Shown here piece after piece: positions 17,129 through 26,615 of a stretch of DNA of 32,624 nucleotides. Location: assembly GCA_009908885.1 (NCBI GenBank), contig JAAAOL010000401.1, positions 1 through 32,624 on the forward strand, in the 5' to 3' direction. The notes beneath the pieces were generated by a model. That model worked only from the letters and a program-made list of their open reading frames with translations. It did no database searches and was not told the origin of the DNA. Origin of the DNA: Bacteroidota bacterium. GTDB taxonomy: Bacteria; Bacteroidota; Rhodothermia; Rhodothermales; JAAAOL01. The first letter of the stretch is position 1, and each line of letters opens with the position of its first letter. A program made the translations under genes and the position numbers.

Positions 17129-18151
17129 ATGGCAAGGACGCCCACGACAACATCGACGAGAACCTCCCGATCCCCGTCCCGGGCCGCAAAGCGATCCGCT
17201 TGGCGGGCCGAGCACAGTCGCCTCGGCACGGTGGCCCGCCGCGGCCTGTTGTGGCTGATTATTCTCGCGGCCATCGGCGTCGGCGGGGCGGCCGCATTCA
17301 CCGCTATGCAGCGGGCGGTCCTGCAGCACCGCGCCGCGACCGGTCCGATCCCGTTCGACGTCCGCTTCGTCGCGACGCCTGCCTGGATGCCGAATCAACT
17401 GCAGCGGCGTATCCTCCGTGAGCTGACGCCGCAGATGAACTTCAACGACGAGCAGATCTGTGCCGAGGTGCATTCTCGCGGTACCGCCAACCCCTGGCTG
17501 GACCGCGTGGCCGGCGTCCGTCGCCAGCGAACCGCCGACGGCACGCGCGGCCTGGTGCGCGTCCGTGCCACCTTCCGCCAGCCCGTTGCGGCCATCCGGC
17601 ACGACGGCCGGATCGGCTTCGTCGACGCGCGCGGCGTGCTGCTGCCGTTCCACGAGGTGCCCCGCTGGGCGGCTCGCGACCGCGACGGCGCCCTGAGCTA
17701 CCATCTCAGCGAACGGACGATCCCGCGCGGCGTCCGGCCGCTGCATATTCACTACATCCTGGTCGACGGCGTGGCCGCCCCGCCGCCGCCGGTCGGGAAG
17801 GTCTGGCTGGGTGACGACCTGCAGGACGGCCTGCGCCTCGTGCAGATGCTCAAGCTCCGGCCCTACGGCAACCAGGTCACGACGATCGACGTTCGCAATC
17901 ACCATCAGCGCGTCAGCGACACGCTTTCGGAGATCACCGTCTTTGCCCAGGCCAAGCACGGTGGGCGGCAGTCGCGACGGACGCGGATTCTCTTCGGACG
18001 CTTCCCGCACCCGGAGGGCGATTGGGTCATCACACCGCAACGCAAACTGACCTATCTCGACCGCTACGCCGAACGCAACAACGGCCGCATCGCCGGCGTC
18101 GACGAGACGGTGGATCTGCGGCACGACAACCTGATCGTCTCGCAGCGATGA
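17129..18151 (+). CDS. ftsQ: FtsQ-like cell-division protein (Arg/Ser/Thr-rich tail, one TM, POTRA-like domain)
   Basis: It sits directly after ddl. The TM segment is GLLWLIILAAIGVGGAAAF, followed by …NPWLDRVAGVRRQR…LVRVRATFRQPVAAIRHDGRIGFVDARGVLLP, the POTRA/FtsQ pattern. Confidence 0.6.
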   Translation: MARTPTTTSTRTSRSPSRAAKRSAWRAEHSRLGTVARRGLLWLIILAAIGVGGAAAFTAMQRAVLQHRAATGPIPFDVRFVATPAWMPNQLQRRILRELTPQMNFNDEQICAEVHSRGTANPWLDRVAGVRRQRTADGTRGLVRVRATFRQPVAAIRHDGRIGFVDARGVLLPFHEVPRWAARDRDGALSYHLSERTIPRGVRPLHIHYILVDGVAAPPPPVGKVWLGDDLQDGLRLVQMLKLRPYGNQVTTIDVRNHHQRVSDTLSEITVFAQAKHGGRQSRRTRILFGRFPHPEGDWVITPQRKLTYLDRYAERNNGRIAGVDETVDLRHDNLIVSQR

Positions 18152-18204
18152 CAGATGTCTGTTCTCGCATGCCACCGGCCAGACCGGTACAATGAGCAAG
18201 ATCG

Positions 18205-18780
18205 ATGGTTGATCATGCGCCACAAACCGAGCCCGTCACGCCGGCGGAACACGTCTTTCCCATCGCCTCGATGGACGGTCGATTCCGCGTCGCCAGTGGG
18301 GTGGTGCTCTTGCTGGCCGCCGGTGCGTTGACGGGACTGTACATCGCGGCCATGTTCCTCAGCGGCACAGTCGGCCTGCTGTTGTGGATTGCCGCGATTG
18401 TCTCGTCGGTGGGCCTGGTGATCGGCCTGACGCTGATTCGGCTGTACGCCAGGCCGACCCATTTCGAGTTGCGGCCCGAGGGACTGCGCATCGTCTGGCC
18501 GGCACGTAGCCGCAAGCTCCCCAGTAACGCCTTCTATGAAATCCGGCGCTGCACCGAGACGGAACTGGGGCGCCTGAAGCGCTGCTTCGGCATTTCGCCG
18601 GTGTTCGGTGCGTTCGGATGGTTCCGCAGCGAATACATGGGAAGCATGGACGTCTATATCACCCGCAGCGGCGGGCTCGTCTATCTTCGGATGTCCAATC
18701 GCCATCCGCTGCTGCTGACGCCCGAGGAACCGGAGGAATTCCTCCGGGCCCTGGGAGAACTCGCCGACCGCGTCGACTGA
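18205..18780 (+). CDS. Membrane protein with bacterial PH-like (bPH) domain
   Basis: Two TM helices (VVLLLAAGALTGLYIAAMF, LLLWIAAIVSSVGLVIGLTLI) are followed by HFELRPEGLRIVWPARSRKLPSNAFYEIRR…YLRMSNRHPLLLTPEEPEEF, typical of YdbS/bPH-type domains. Confidence 0.55.
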   Translation: MVDHAPQTEPVTPAEHVFPIASMDGRFRVASGVVLLLAAGALTGLYIAAMFLSGTVGLLLWIAAIVSSVGLVIGLTLIRLYARPTHFELRPEGLRIVWPARSRKLPSNAFYEIRRCTETELGRLKRCFGISPVFGAFGWFRSEYMGSMDVYITRSGGLVYLRMSNRHPLLLTPEEPEEFLRALGELADRVD

Positions 18781-19030
18781 CGTGCTTTGCGGCGGACACG
18801 CGCCGGTGTAGAACTCCCCAACGGGTGCCGTTTACGCGGCCACGCCGCGGCAATGGGTGGGGCAGCGTGTGCATCGCCACCCGCGAATGTTCCGGCACGC
18901 GTAGACCGGCCCTGATCTCCGGCGATCCCAGCCTCCTCCACGCCGCAATTCAACATTCCGCACGCAATTCCCGGCCCGCTCATGCCGACATAGTTGCAGG
19001 AGTACCGATTGCCCGTATGAGGACATCGCC

Positions 19031-20137
19031 ATGAATCTTGTCGATCCGATATTCTTTGCGCCCAATCGTGTCTGGCGCCGCTACCACGGCGGCGAGCTGC
19101 TGGATACGTTCCTCGACCCCGCCGCCGACGGCGAGGATGGACACTTTCCCGAGGACTGGTTGGCCTCCACCTTGCCCGCCGACAACAACGGCCATACCCA
19201 GGACCCCGAAGAAGGTCTGGCACGAGTCCTAGACACCGCCGGCAACCCCGGCATGCTGCTGTGTGACGCGGTGGCTACGCATGGCGAGGCCCTGCTGGGC
19301 CCGGACCATGTCCAGCGATTCGGAACCGAGACCGGTATGCTCTGCAAGCTGCGAGACCCCGCCGTCCGCCTGCCCATCCAGTGCCACCCGGATAAGTCCC
19401 TCGCCCGCGAACTCTTCAACAGCGACGTCGGGCGGGCCGAATGCTGGCGCATCCTCGAAACGCGCCGTATCCACGGCGAGGATGCGTATATCCTACTCGG
19501 CTTCCGCGAGGGCGTCACGCGGGAAGCCTTCGCCGAGGCCGTCGATCGACAGGACCTGCCCACGCTCGCATCCATGCTGCACAAACTTGTTGTGCGCCCC
19601 GGCGAGACCTACTTCGTCCCGCCGCGGATGCCGCACGCGCTCGGCCCCGGCGTCTTTGCCTTGCAGATCCAGCCGCCGGCCGACTGGGCCATCCGGGCCG
19701 AACGTTTCTGCGGCAGCATCGAACTCAGCCCGGAAGGCATGTGGGGATCGCTGTCGCCCCGCCAGGCCCTCGATGTATTCGCCTACGACGGAACGGACCA
19801 GATTGACCTCCTTCGCCGCATCCGGCCCGAGCCGCTGGTGCTCCAGCGGAGCGATGAAGGCTACCATGCCGAGTTGATTGGCTCGCATCACACGCCTGCC
19901 TTCGGGCTATGGCAGGCGGAAGTGGTCGGCCGCATGAAACTCGATCTGCCGCGGGGCTTTGCGCTGGTGGCGTGCCTCGCCGGCGAGGGCGCGATGCACT
20001 GGTCCAACGGCTCGCGCGAGATCCAGACCGGCGACTACTTCCTGCAACCCTACGCCGTTCCGTGGATCGAGTACCACGCACGCGGCCGCCTCGGCCTCGT
20101 GATCTGCCTGCCGCCGACGCCGGACCCGCGCGACTGA
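19031..20137 (+). CDS. Class I mannose-6-phosphate isomerase-like cupin
   Basis: Contains RLPIQCHPD, AECWRILE and YFVPPRMPHALGPG, which match the PMI type I metal-binding regions. A GAGGA SD lies 7 nt upstream. Confidence 0.7.
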   Translation: MNLVDPIFFAPNRVWRRYHGGELLDTFLDPAADGEDGHFPEDWLASTLPADNNGHTQDPEEGLARVLDTAGNPGMLLCDAVATHGEALLGPDHVQRFGTETGMLCKLRDPAVRLPIQCHPDKSLARELFNSDVGRAECWRILETRRIHGEDAYILLGFREGVTREAFAEAVDRQDLPTLASMLHKLVVRPGETYFVPPRMPHALGPGVFALQIQPPADWAIRAERFCGSIELSPEGMWGSLSPRQALDVFAYDGTDQIDLLRRIRPEPLVLQRSDEGYHAELIGSHHTPAFGLWQAEVVGRMKLDLPRGFALVACLAGEGAMHWSNGSREIQTGDYFLQPYAVPWIEYHARGRLGLVICLPPTPDPRD

Positions 20138-20386
20138 TCCACACCCCTCTCATACGAAGCGCATGACGTGTACACGCACGGCGCACACCGCCGATATCCC
20201 CGCGCACGTCCAATCCAGCTGTCGCGTCGCCTGCACGGAAGACGCAAAAACGTCATGCGCAGTGTATGGCGCCTGCCGTGCGGCGAGGATTTGCTCATCA
20301 TGCGCGCTTGCGGCTGTTGTCCTGAGCCGCTAGGATTCACCGCCACTCGGACAGCACGCGTCGCCGACCTGTATGGCAGGAGCACC

Positions 20387-21937
20387 ATGAAATACGTTGC
20401 AATCTTCCACGCGAACCTGAACTACGCTTACCTAACACCCGACCGCTACGAATTCGTCATCCGCGAAAGTTACGAACTGCTGCTGGACACGATGGCCGAA
20501 GCGTTCCCGGACGTGAAGTTCGTCTTCGAGGCCTCGGGCTATACCGTCGAGCAGATCGCCCTCCGCGCGCCGGACGTGCTGAAAAAGCTCAAGACGGCCA
20601 TTGCTGACGGTCGCTGCGAGTTCATGGGCTCCCCGTACGCCCACCCCATGCTGCCGAACTTCCCGCAGGAAGACGGCGAATGGTCGATCCGCTTCAGCAA
20701 CGAGACCTACGAGACGTTCCTGGACATCACGCCGAGGAGCTTCTGGAACCCCGAGTGCGGCTGGCGCGACTATGTCCCGCACCAGGTCGCCAACTGCGGC
20801 TATGCGAACATGGTCGGCGACTTCGAGGCCTACAGCCGTTCGCTGAATCCGGATGGGTCGCCACAGCGGCCGGAGATCTACGAGAAGGAGAAGACCGACG
20901 AGACGGCCTTCTATAACTTCGGCTTCACGTACAACCTTCCCGGCGACGAGCGGGCGATCCACTTCCCGTTCGACAAAATCCACGGCATGGAAGAGGGTAA
21001 GCTGCGGATGTTCCTGCGGACCGATCGCGTGGCGCAGTTCGGCGTGCGATTCTTCATGGGCATGGAGGGCTATACGCTGGAGACGTACCTCGACCTGGTC
21101 AGGAAATACAGCCAGCAGAAGCCCGACGAGCCGGAAGGCGCCGTGATTATCTTCGCCGACGACGCGGAGTATATCGGCACGAACGGTTGGTTCCGCCTGA
21201 AGTATCAGAACAAGCCGGACAACGTCTTCGAACGCGTTGCCGATGCTCGCGAGAAACTCATCGGCCTGATCTCCGCCTGCAAGGAGATGGGCAACTTCGC
21301 GACGTTCGACGAGGCCTGCCGGCAACTGCCGGCGCTGAACGAGACGATTACCTTCGACGACGATACCGCCTGGCACGGCGGCACGGCCAGTACGTGGGCG
21401 TCAACGCCGATGGCCAAGCTCCTGCGGCCGTGGCAGGACCTGGTGCGCGAGAAGCTCCACGCGGCAAACCTCGATCCGCATCATGCCAGGCTCGCCTGGC
21501 TGCACCTGACCAACAGCTACAACTCCGACGGTCAGTGGCCGCCGACGCTCCCCGACGCGCCGCACATCATCCACCCGTTCAACTACGGCTACTGCTTCGA
21601 GAATCTCCTGCGGGCGCACCTGCTGGTCGGCGGTGTGGACCTCGACGCGCTCGAGCCCAGGGCCACGGCCACCTGCCAGACCATCCTCGCACTTCAGCAG
21701 GACCTGGTGCTCGCCAAGGCCGAGAAGCTCGGCGACAGGCAGCAGGCCCAGGCCGCCCGGACGATAATCGAGACCTCGCGCGATCTCGGCACGCTCGGCG
21801 ACGACGCCCGGCTGCTGTACCCCGGCGAGTACGCCGTTCGGGCCGAGGCGCTCGTCGAGGCGCGGCGGCTCGTCGGCGGGGTGGAAATCGAGAAAACCGC
21901 CGCCGGGGCCGAGCAGTTCACCAACGGCGATGGATAG
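20387..21937 (+). CDS. Glycoside hydrolase family 57-like protein
   Basis: The start was trimmed to MKYVAIFHANLNYA (SD GGCAGGAG). Contains GSPYAHPMLP, FWNPECGW (GH57 nucleophile-Glu region) and IFADDAEYIG (acid/base Asp region). Confidence 0.65.
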   Translation: MKYVAIFHANLNYAYLTPDRYEFVIRESYELLLDTMAEAFPDVKFVFEASGYTVEQIALRAPDVLKKLKTAIADGRCEFMGSPYAHPMLPNFPQEDGEWSIRFSNETYETFLDITPRSFWNPECGWRDYVPHQVANCGYANMVGDFEAYSRSLNPDGSPQRPEIYEKEKTDETAFYNFGFTYNLPGDERAIHFPFDKIHGMEEGKLRMFLRTDRVAQFGVRFFMGMEGYTLETYLDLVRKYSQQKPDEPEGAVIIFADDAEYIGTNGWFRLKYQNKPDNVFERVADAREKLIGLISACKEMGNFATFDEACRQLPALNETITFDDDTAWHGGTASTWASTPMAKLLRPWQDLVREKLHAANLDPHHARLAWLHLTNSYNSDGQWPPTLPDAPHIIHPFNYGYCFENLLRAHLLVGGVDLDALEPRATATCQTILALQQDLVLAKAEKLGDRQQAQAARTIIETSRDLGTLGDDARLLYPGEYAVRAEALVEARRLVGGVEIEKTAAGAEQFTNGDG

Positions 21938-21963
21938 CCAGGGCAAGCACGGAAGCGAAAACG

Positions 21964-21982
21964 CCTCCCCCTCTGGGGGAGG
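21964..21982 (+). terminator. Stem-loop CCTCCCCC-TCT-GGGGGAGG, 27 nt after the GH57-like stop
   Basis: Perfect 8-bp GC-rich stem with a 3-nt loop. There is no U-tract. Confidence 0.4.
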
Positions 21983-22094
21983 TGGCGAGCCCGTCCTGAG
22001 CCTGTCGAATGGGTCTGCGAGCCGGGGGGCTGGTTGCGGAAGGGCCTGAGGTCACAGGGGCTGCGGCCTGAGCAAAAATAGGACCCTCACCCAG

Positions 22095-22113
22095 CCTCTC
22101 CCAGAGGGAGAGG
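22095..22113 (-). terminator. Stem-loop CCTCTCCC-TCT-GGGAGAGG (read on the minus strand), 14 nt after the stop of the convergent hydrolase gene
   Basis: Perfect 8-bp stem with a 3-nt loop. It is a near mirror image of the hairpin at 21964-21982. Confidence 0.4.
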
Positions 22114-22126
22114 GGCAAAACCGCCA

Positions 22127-24901
22127 TCACTCCGCCGTTTGCAGGATGACGTACATGGCGTTGGGGGGCAGGTGGAGGCGGACGCCGCGGTTGATGCGGT
22201 CGACTCTGGCGGCGGCGTCCGCTTTGGCATAGCCATGCGCATCCAGGGCCGTCGCGACCGTGACGTGCGGGTTGCGGATGTCGACGGTTCCGTGGGCCTT
22301 GACCACGTTCCACGGCGCGCCGCCGAAATCCCGGATCGCCCGGCCTTTGACCGTCTGCTTGCCCTTCTTGGGCTTGAACGTAGCAGCGGCCGTCTTCCAG
22401 CCGTGCGGCCGAGCCTCCGTGGCCACCTGCACCAGTAGACGCCTCGACGCCGCGATGGGCTGGCCGTCGAGCGGCACGACGATGACGGCTGCGTAATCGT
22501 TGTCGCAGGCGATGCTGACGTTGCCCAGCTCAATGCGGCCGACCTTGCCGAGGAAGCCCGCGCCCCCCTGGGCTTGGGGCGCGTCCACCGTCAGCAGTCC
22601 GCGGCCATAATCCAGGAACACCTCCCCGTTCGCGCCGCCAACAATCCTGCCGCGGCGATTGATGCGATTCTCGACCACGTCACTGATCTCAGACGACGCT
22701 CGCCCATCGGCCGCCTCGAAAGCGACCTCCACGCGCCCAACGAGATAGGCCAGCGGGTCGACCGACAGCGCGACCGACGCGTCGTGCTCGCCGGCGTCGC
22801 GGCCGGGGTCGTAACCCGCCTCTTCGGCGATCAGCGGCAACTTGCGCTGCCAGAGATCCTCCAGGGGCCGACGTTCCGTGACCACCGGCGGGGCGGCGTC
22901 GACCAGCCCGGCCCGGTAGATCAACGACGTCGCGGGGAACTGGCCCATGATCGGCGGGGTGTTGACCTGGAACTTGGTCATCGTGGGGTCGTAGTCGATG
23001 TTGCCCGAGGCGAACCAGTACAGCCCGTCGATGTCGGCGAGGGCGCCGTAGGCGGCCATCACGAGCGGCCCGTCGGCCTGGAAGCGATTCGGCTGAACCC
23101 ACGTGAACTCGCTGATGATGTTCGGGAAGCCCGCGATCTGACGAAAGTTGACGGGCAGTTTCCGCGGTGAGAGCAGGGCGGAGGCGTTGACGAAACCATC
23201 GCCCTTGTCGACGGCGTAGCTGGCCCGACGAGGCTGCCTCGGGTTCACGTGCGTCACACCGTAGTAGTGATGCCTGTCGATGACGTCGCCGGCCGTGTAT
23301 GTCCATCGCTCGACATCCAGCAGGGCTACGTCGTCGGCCGTCCGCCAGTTGTTCGGCGCGATCAGCCCGCGATAGCCCAGTTCCTCCCGCACGTGGCGGG
23401 CGATCTCGGCGTTGAAGGCGTGCTGCGTTTCGGCGAGAAACCGCACCTGGTCGGCCAGACGCTTCTGGTGTGCGGGCCGCTTGTATTGCCGCGTCATGGC
23501 CCAGGCGATCATCAGACCGGCCACGTCCTTCTCAAAATCGTCAGCCAGTGCGACCGGGCCCTTTGCCTCATCCAGCCGCGCCTGCTCGCCACCCCACGCC
23601 GCCAGTGCCTTCTCCAGCGAGCCGTACCGGCCCTTCAGCCATGTCGCGAACTTCCCGCCGAGTTTGCGGCGCTGGCCCTCCGGGATATTTGCCAGGAACG
23701 TCCAGAAGAACAAGCTGTCCTCGTTCTGGATCTGCAGCATGAACAGCGCCGGGTCCTTCGCCAGCGGCACGCCGGTATTCGAGTTCGGCCGCGTCAGGAT
23801 GTGCCTCAGCCACGCCTTGTAGCCGCGCTGCAGCGTCTCGTCGAAAAACAGCAGGCCGAAGGGCTTGTCCCAGCGCTTGACGGGGCGGCCGGCCTTGTCG
23901 GTCGGCCAGGTCTCGATGCCCCAGCCGCGCTGGAGCTTCGCCGGCAGGACGTAGTACGGGCTGAGCTTGACGTAGATGCCACTGTCGCGCATCGCCGCAA
24001 CCACCCGATGCAGGCCGGCCAGCAGTTCTTCGTTGACATCCGTCAGTTCGGAGTCCTCGCCGGTCGGTTCGAAGCTCTGGTGAATGCGCACGGTGTTTAC
24101 GCCGAGCGTCGCCAGCCGTCGGGCCTGGTAGCGCAACTGGCGCAGGCCGAGGCGATGCGTGCCGATCGTCGTGCCCCAGAATCTCAGCGGCTTGCCGTCG
24201 TGCCCGATGAACTTCTGGCCGCGCGTCGTGATCCAGTCGTCCGGGCCAATCGCATCCTGGCCGAGCAGTCGGCCGATGTCCAGCTTGCGGCGGTCGGCGT
24301 CGAACGGGTCCACACCCGGCTCGAACGCCCACGTTCCCTCGTCGACGAGGCCGAGCTTCTCGCCCGGCCGGCGCGGGCCGCTCGGCAGGAACAAGCCCCG
24401 CGCGAGGACAAAGCAGTCGAAGCAGGCCGCCCCGTCCTTCTCCAACAACTCCACGCGCAGTCGGTGCTTGCCGGCCTCCAGCGTCACCGAAGGGAGCGGC
24501 ACCCAGTTTGCGCCAACGTGCTTCCGCAGCGACGTCGAATCCAGCAAGCCCAGGCGCCCGGTCACCTCCACCCACTCGCCGTCGTCCCAGCGATAGCGGA
24601 ACGGCCCGTGGTGCCAGAATTTCCGCACGTAGAAGTCGTACTCGCCGTCATCGCCCACGGTGAGGGCATACTCGGCGTAGAGCGTCTCGTCGCGCTTGCC
24701 GGCCACGTTCAGCCACGTCCCGCCGGAGAGCTTCGCACGGTGGTCGTCGTTCTGCGGCGCGAACGCCCCGCGGCCACTCTTGCCGCCCGGCCAGTTGGAT
24801 TCGGCGAAGTCTTCGGCCTCCCACCAGATGATCGTGTTCTCGGCGGCGAGGCAGGCGGCGGGCAGGGCGATGGCGATGTAAAGAGCTGCAAAGCGGGGCA
24901 T
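22127..24901 (-). CDS. Secreted 924-aa glycoside hydrolase candidate: N-terminal carbohydrate-binding-like module plus a clan GH-A (GH5-like) TIM barrel and a C-terminal beta-rich region
   Basis: The start was trimmed to MPRFAALYIAIALPAACLAAE (signal peptide), with AGGAGA 5 nt upstream. The track ORF continues to 25570 only as the antisense of the GH20-like gene. Candidate acid/base is LQIQNEDSLFFW and candidate nucleophile is NIISEFTW. Confidence 0.65.
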   Translation of the reverse strand: MPRFAALYIAIALPAACLAAENTIIWWEAEDFAESNWPGGKSGRGAFAPQNDDHRAKLSGGTWLNVAGKRDETLYAEYALTVGDDGEYDFYVRKFWHHGPFRYRWDDGEWVEVTGRLGLLDSTSLRKHVGANWVPLPSVTLEAGKHRLRVELLEKDGAACFDCFVLARGLFLPSGPRRPGEKLGLVDEGTWAFEPGVDPFDADRRKLDIGRLLGQDAIGPDDWITTRGQKFIGHDGKPLRFWGTTIGTHRLGLRQLRYQARRLATLGVNTVRIHQSFEPTGEDSELTDVNEELLAGLHRVVAAMRDSGIYVKLSPYYVLPAKLQRGWGIETWPTDKAGRPVKRWDKPFGLLFFDETLQRGYKAWLRHILTRPNSNTGVPLAKDPALFMLQIQNEDSLFFWTFLANIPEGQRRKLGGKFATWLKGRYGSLEKALAAWGGEQARLDEAKGPVALADDFEKDVAGLMIAWAMTRQYKRPAHQKRLADQVRFLAETQHAFNAEIARHVREELGYRGLIAPNNWRTADDVALLDVERWTYTAGDVIDRHHYYGVTHVNPRQPRRASYAVDKGDGFVNASALLSPRKLPVNFRQIAGFPNIISEFTWVQPNRFQADGPLVMAAYGALADIDGLYWFASGNIDYDPTMTKFQVNTPPIMGQFPATSLIYRAGLVDAAPPVVTERRPLEDLWQRKLPLIAEEAGYDPGRDAGEHDASVALSVDPLAYLVGRVEVAFEAADGRASSEISDVVENRINRRGRIVGGANGEVFLDYGRGLLTVDAPQAQGGAGFLGKVGRIELGNVSIACDNDYAAVIVVPLDGQPIAASRRLLVQVATEARPHGWKTAAATFKPKKGKQTVKGRAIRDFGGAPWNVVKAHGTVDIRNPHVTVATALDAHGYAKADAAARVDRINRGVRLHLPPNAMYVILQTAE

Positions 24902-24988
24902 GGCATTCTCCTGTCGGAAGGCTAGGATATCCACCATACTATATCGAGCCTCGCAAGCTGCCAACCCGTGGGGCAGTGGAGATTGCAC

Positions 24989-26401
24989 ATGCCAAAACAC
25001 TTCCTGAACGGACTGCTGGTCGACTGCAGCCGCGTGCTGGAGCGCCACGAGTACTACTTCCGGCTCGTGGACCTGATGGCCGAGTGGGGCATGAACACGC
25101 TCCAGATGCATTTCAGCGACGACCACGGGCTGGCGGTGCAGTTGCCCGGCCTGGAACACATCGCCATGCCGCACGCCATGTCGGCCGAGACCGTCGGCGA
25201 CCTCGTCGATCACGCGGCCCGACACGACATCACCGTGATTCCCGAACTCGAGACGTTCGGGCACATCCGGTACGTCACGGACCACCCGGACTACCAGCAC
25301 CTCGCGGCGTGGCACAACCCGCAGTGGATGAAGTTCAACGCCATCGACCCGCTGAGCCTCGAGGCCTTCGCCCTGCTCAAGCGGCTGATCGCCGGCGTGT
25401 GCGAGCTCTTCCCGAGCCGATACGTCCACATCGGCTGCGACGAGGTGAACATCTCGCGCCTCTGCAAGCGTGACAACCTGGACGCCGCCGTCGTCTGGAC
25501 CGATCACGTCAACCGCATCATCCACGAGTTCGCCGCCCGCAATCGGGTGACGATGTTCTGGGCCGACCATGCCGTCGGCAACGAGCGCATCCGCGAGTTA
25601 CTGGACAAGAACGCCGTGGCGGTGCATTGGCACTACGACGCGGAGGTCGACGACGAGCCAATTGAGGTGCTTCAGGCCGCCGGCTTTGGCGATGTCATTC
25701 TTGCGCCGGTGGTGGGTTCGCACCTGATGCGATTCCTGCCGACGGAGGTGACGCTCTCGAACATCCGCGCGATGGCCACGCACGCCCGCACTCACGAGAC
25801 ACGCGGCGTGATCACGGCCCAGTGGGAGCCGTACCGCTATCCGCAGCGGGCCATGGACTACGCGACGGCCTTCGCCGCCGAGGCCGTCCGGGCGGGCGGC
25901 AGGATCGACCGTGACGCCTTTGACCGGACATTCGCCCGAGAAGCATTTGATCTGCCGTACGCCGGCGCGCTGGCGGAGTTCCTGGCCGGCTGGACGGCCC
26001 TGGACGTGCCGCCCGAGTTGTTTCAAACGTGGGTGAAGAACCGCAACGAGCCGTCGGCTGAAACGCGGCGGCAGGTGCGGGCCGTTAACGAGTTCGGCCA
26101 TGCGCTGCTGCCCGGCGTCGAGGCTGTCGAGCCGAAACGCAATGCAGACGTCTGGGAAGCGATGGTCCTGGCCGCTCGATGCGCCTGGATCTGCAGTGAG
26201 GCATACATGGTGCATCACCGGCGCGTCAGCTGCAAGCGGGCCGAGGCCTACAACGAGGAACTCGACCGCTGCCGGAAGGACCTCGCCGCCAACTGGGACG
26301 CCACACGGTTTCCCGACGACCCCAACCGCAACAAGGCCCGTTTCAAGGGCATTGCGATGGACTACGCACTGCTGGCCCTTCGAAGGTTGCCGCCACTGTA
26401 G
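24989..26401 (+). CDS. Glycoside hydrolase family 20-like (beta-N-acetylhexosaminidase catalytic domain only)
   Basis: Contains LQMHFSDDHGLAV, PELETFGH and VHIGCDEV, which parallel the GH20 H-x-H-x-x-D-D, xPGH and HxGGDE regions. The ATG at 24989 is preceded by TGGAGA. Confidence 0.65.
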   Translation: MPKHFLNGLLVDCSRVLERHEYYFRLVDLMAEWGMNTLQMHFSDDHGLAVQLPGLEHIAMPHAMSAETVGDLVDHAARHDITVIPELETFGHIRYVTDHPDYQHLAAWHNPQWMKFNAIDPLSLEAFALLKRLIAGVCELFPSRYVHIGCDEVNISRLCKRDNLDAAVVWTDHVNRIIHEFAARNRVTMFWADHAVGNERIRELLDKNAVAVHWHYDAEVDDEPIEVLQAAGFGDVILAPVVGSHLMRFLPTEVTLSNIRAMATHARTHETRGVITAQWEPYRYPQRAMDYATAFAAEAVRAGGRIDRDAFDRTFAREAFDLPYAGALAEFLAGWTALDVPPELFQTWVKNRNEPSAETRRQVRAVNEFGHALLPGVEAVEPKRNADVWEAMVLAARCAWICSEAYMVHHRRVSCKRAEAYNEELDRCRKDLAANWDATRFPDDPNRNKARFKGIAMDYALLALRRLPPL

Positions 26402-26462
26402 ACACGCCAACAAGGAAAGAAACAAGCTCCAAGAGGACAGGTCCATGTCGCGACAGCGCGGA

Positions 26463-26534
26463 AGGGCTATGGCCGTATGTCCCGCAGGAGCTTGACAGGA
26501 ACAGCCGTGGGCGCACGGCTCTCGCCATAGCCCT
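26463..26534. other. Nested long hairpin in the convergent intergenic region
   Basis: The 11-bp perfect outer stem is AGGGCTATGGC (26463-26473) / GCCATAGCCCT (26524-26534). It encloses an inner 7-bp stem AGCCGTG (26503-26509) / CACGGCT (26514-26520) with a GGCG loop. Confidence 0.6.
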
Positions 26535-26615
26535 GGCGACGGCGCAAGCCCAGGGACGATGATCACAAAAACAGAAGCCCCGCAGGGGCGGCACGTCAGC
26601 TTGTTTGTCTCGACC

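Noticed and set aside
18781-19030. Cys-rich minus-strand frames (for example …CPHTGNRYSCNYVGMSGPGIACGMLNCG…, and the 77-aa ORF 18832-19065) in the gap before the PMI-like gene
   Set aside because: There is no convincing start or SD, third-position GC is lower than in neighbouring genes, and no recognisable family is apparent. It is probably the promoter/leader of the PMI-like gene.
24902-25570. N-terminal 223 codons of track ORF 22127-25570 (minus strand)
   Set aside because: This part is the antisense of the well-supported GH20-like gene. The real protein begins with a signal peptide and a good SD at 24901. The extension is a high-GC open-frame artefact.
26440-26475. SRP-RNA-like GGAA tetraloop context (…CAGCGCGGAAGGGC…); general search for tRNA, tmRNA and RNase P in all intergenic regions
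   Set aside because: The flanks do not match the conserved SRP domain IV sequence. No T-loop (GGTTCGAATCC-type) or GAAAGTCC-type RNase P signatures were found in any gap.
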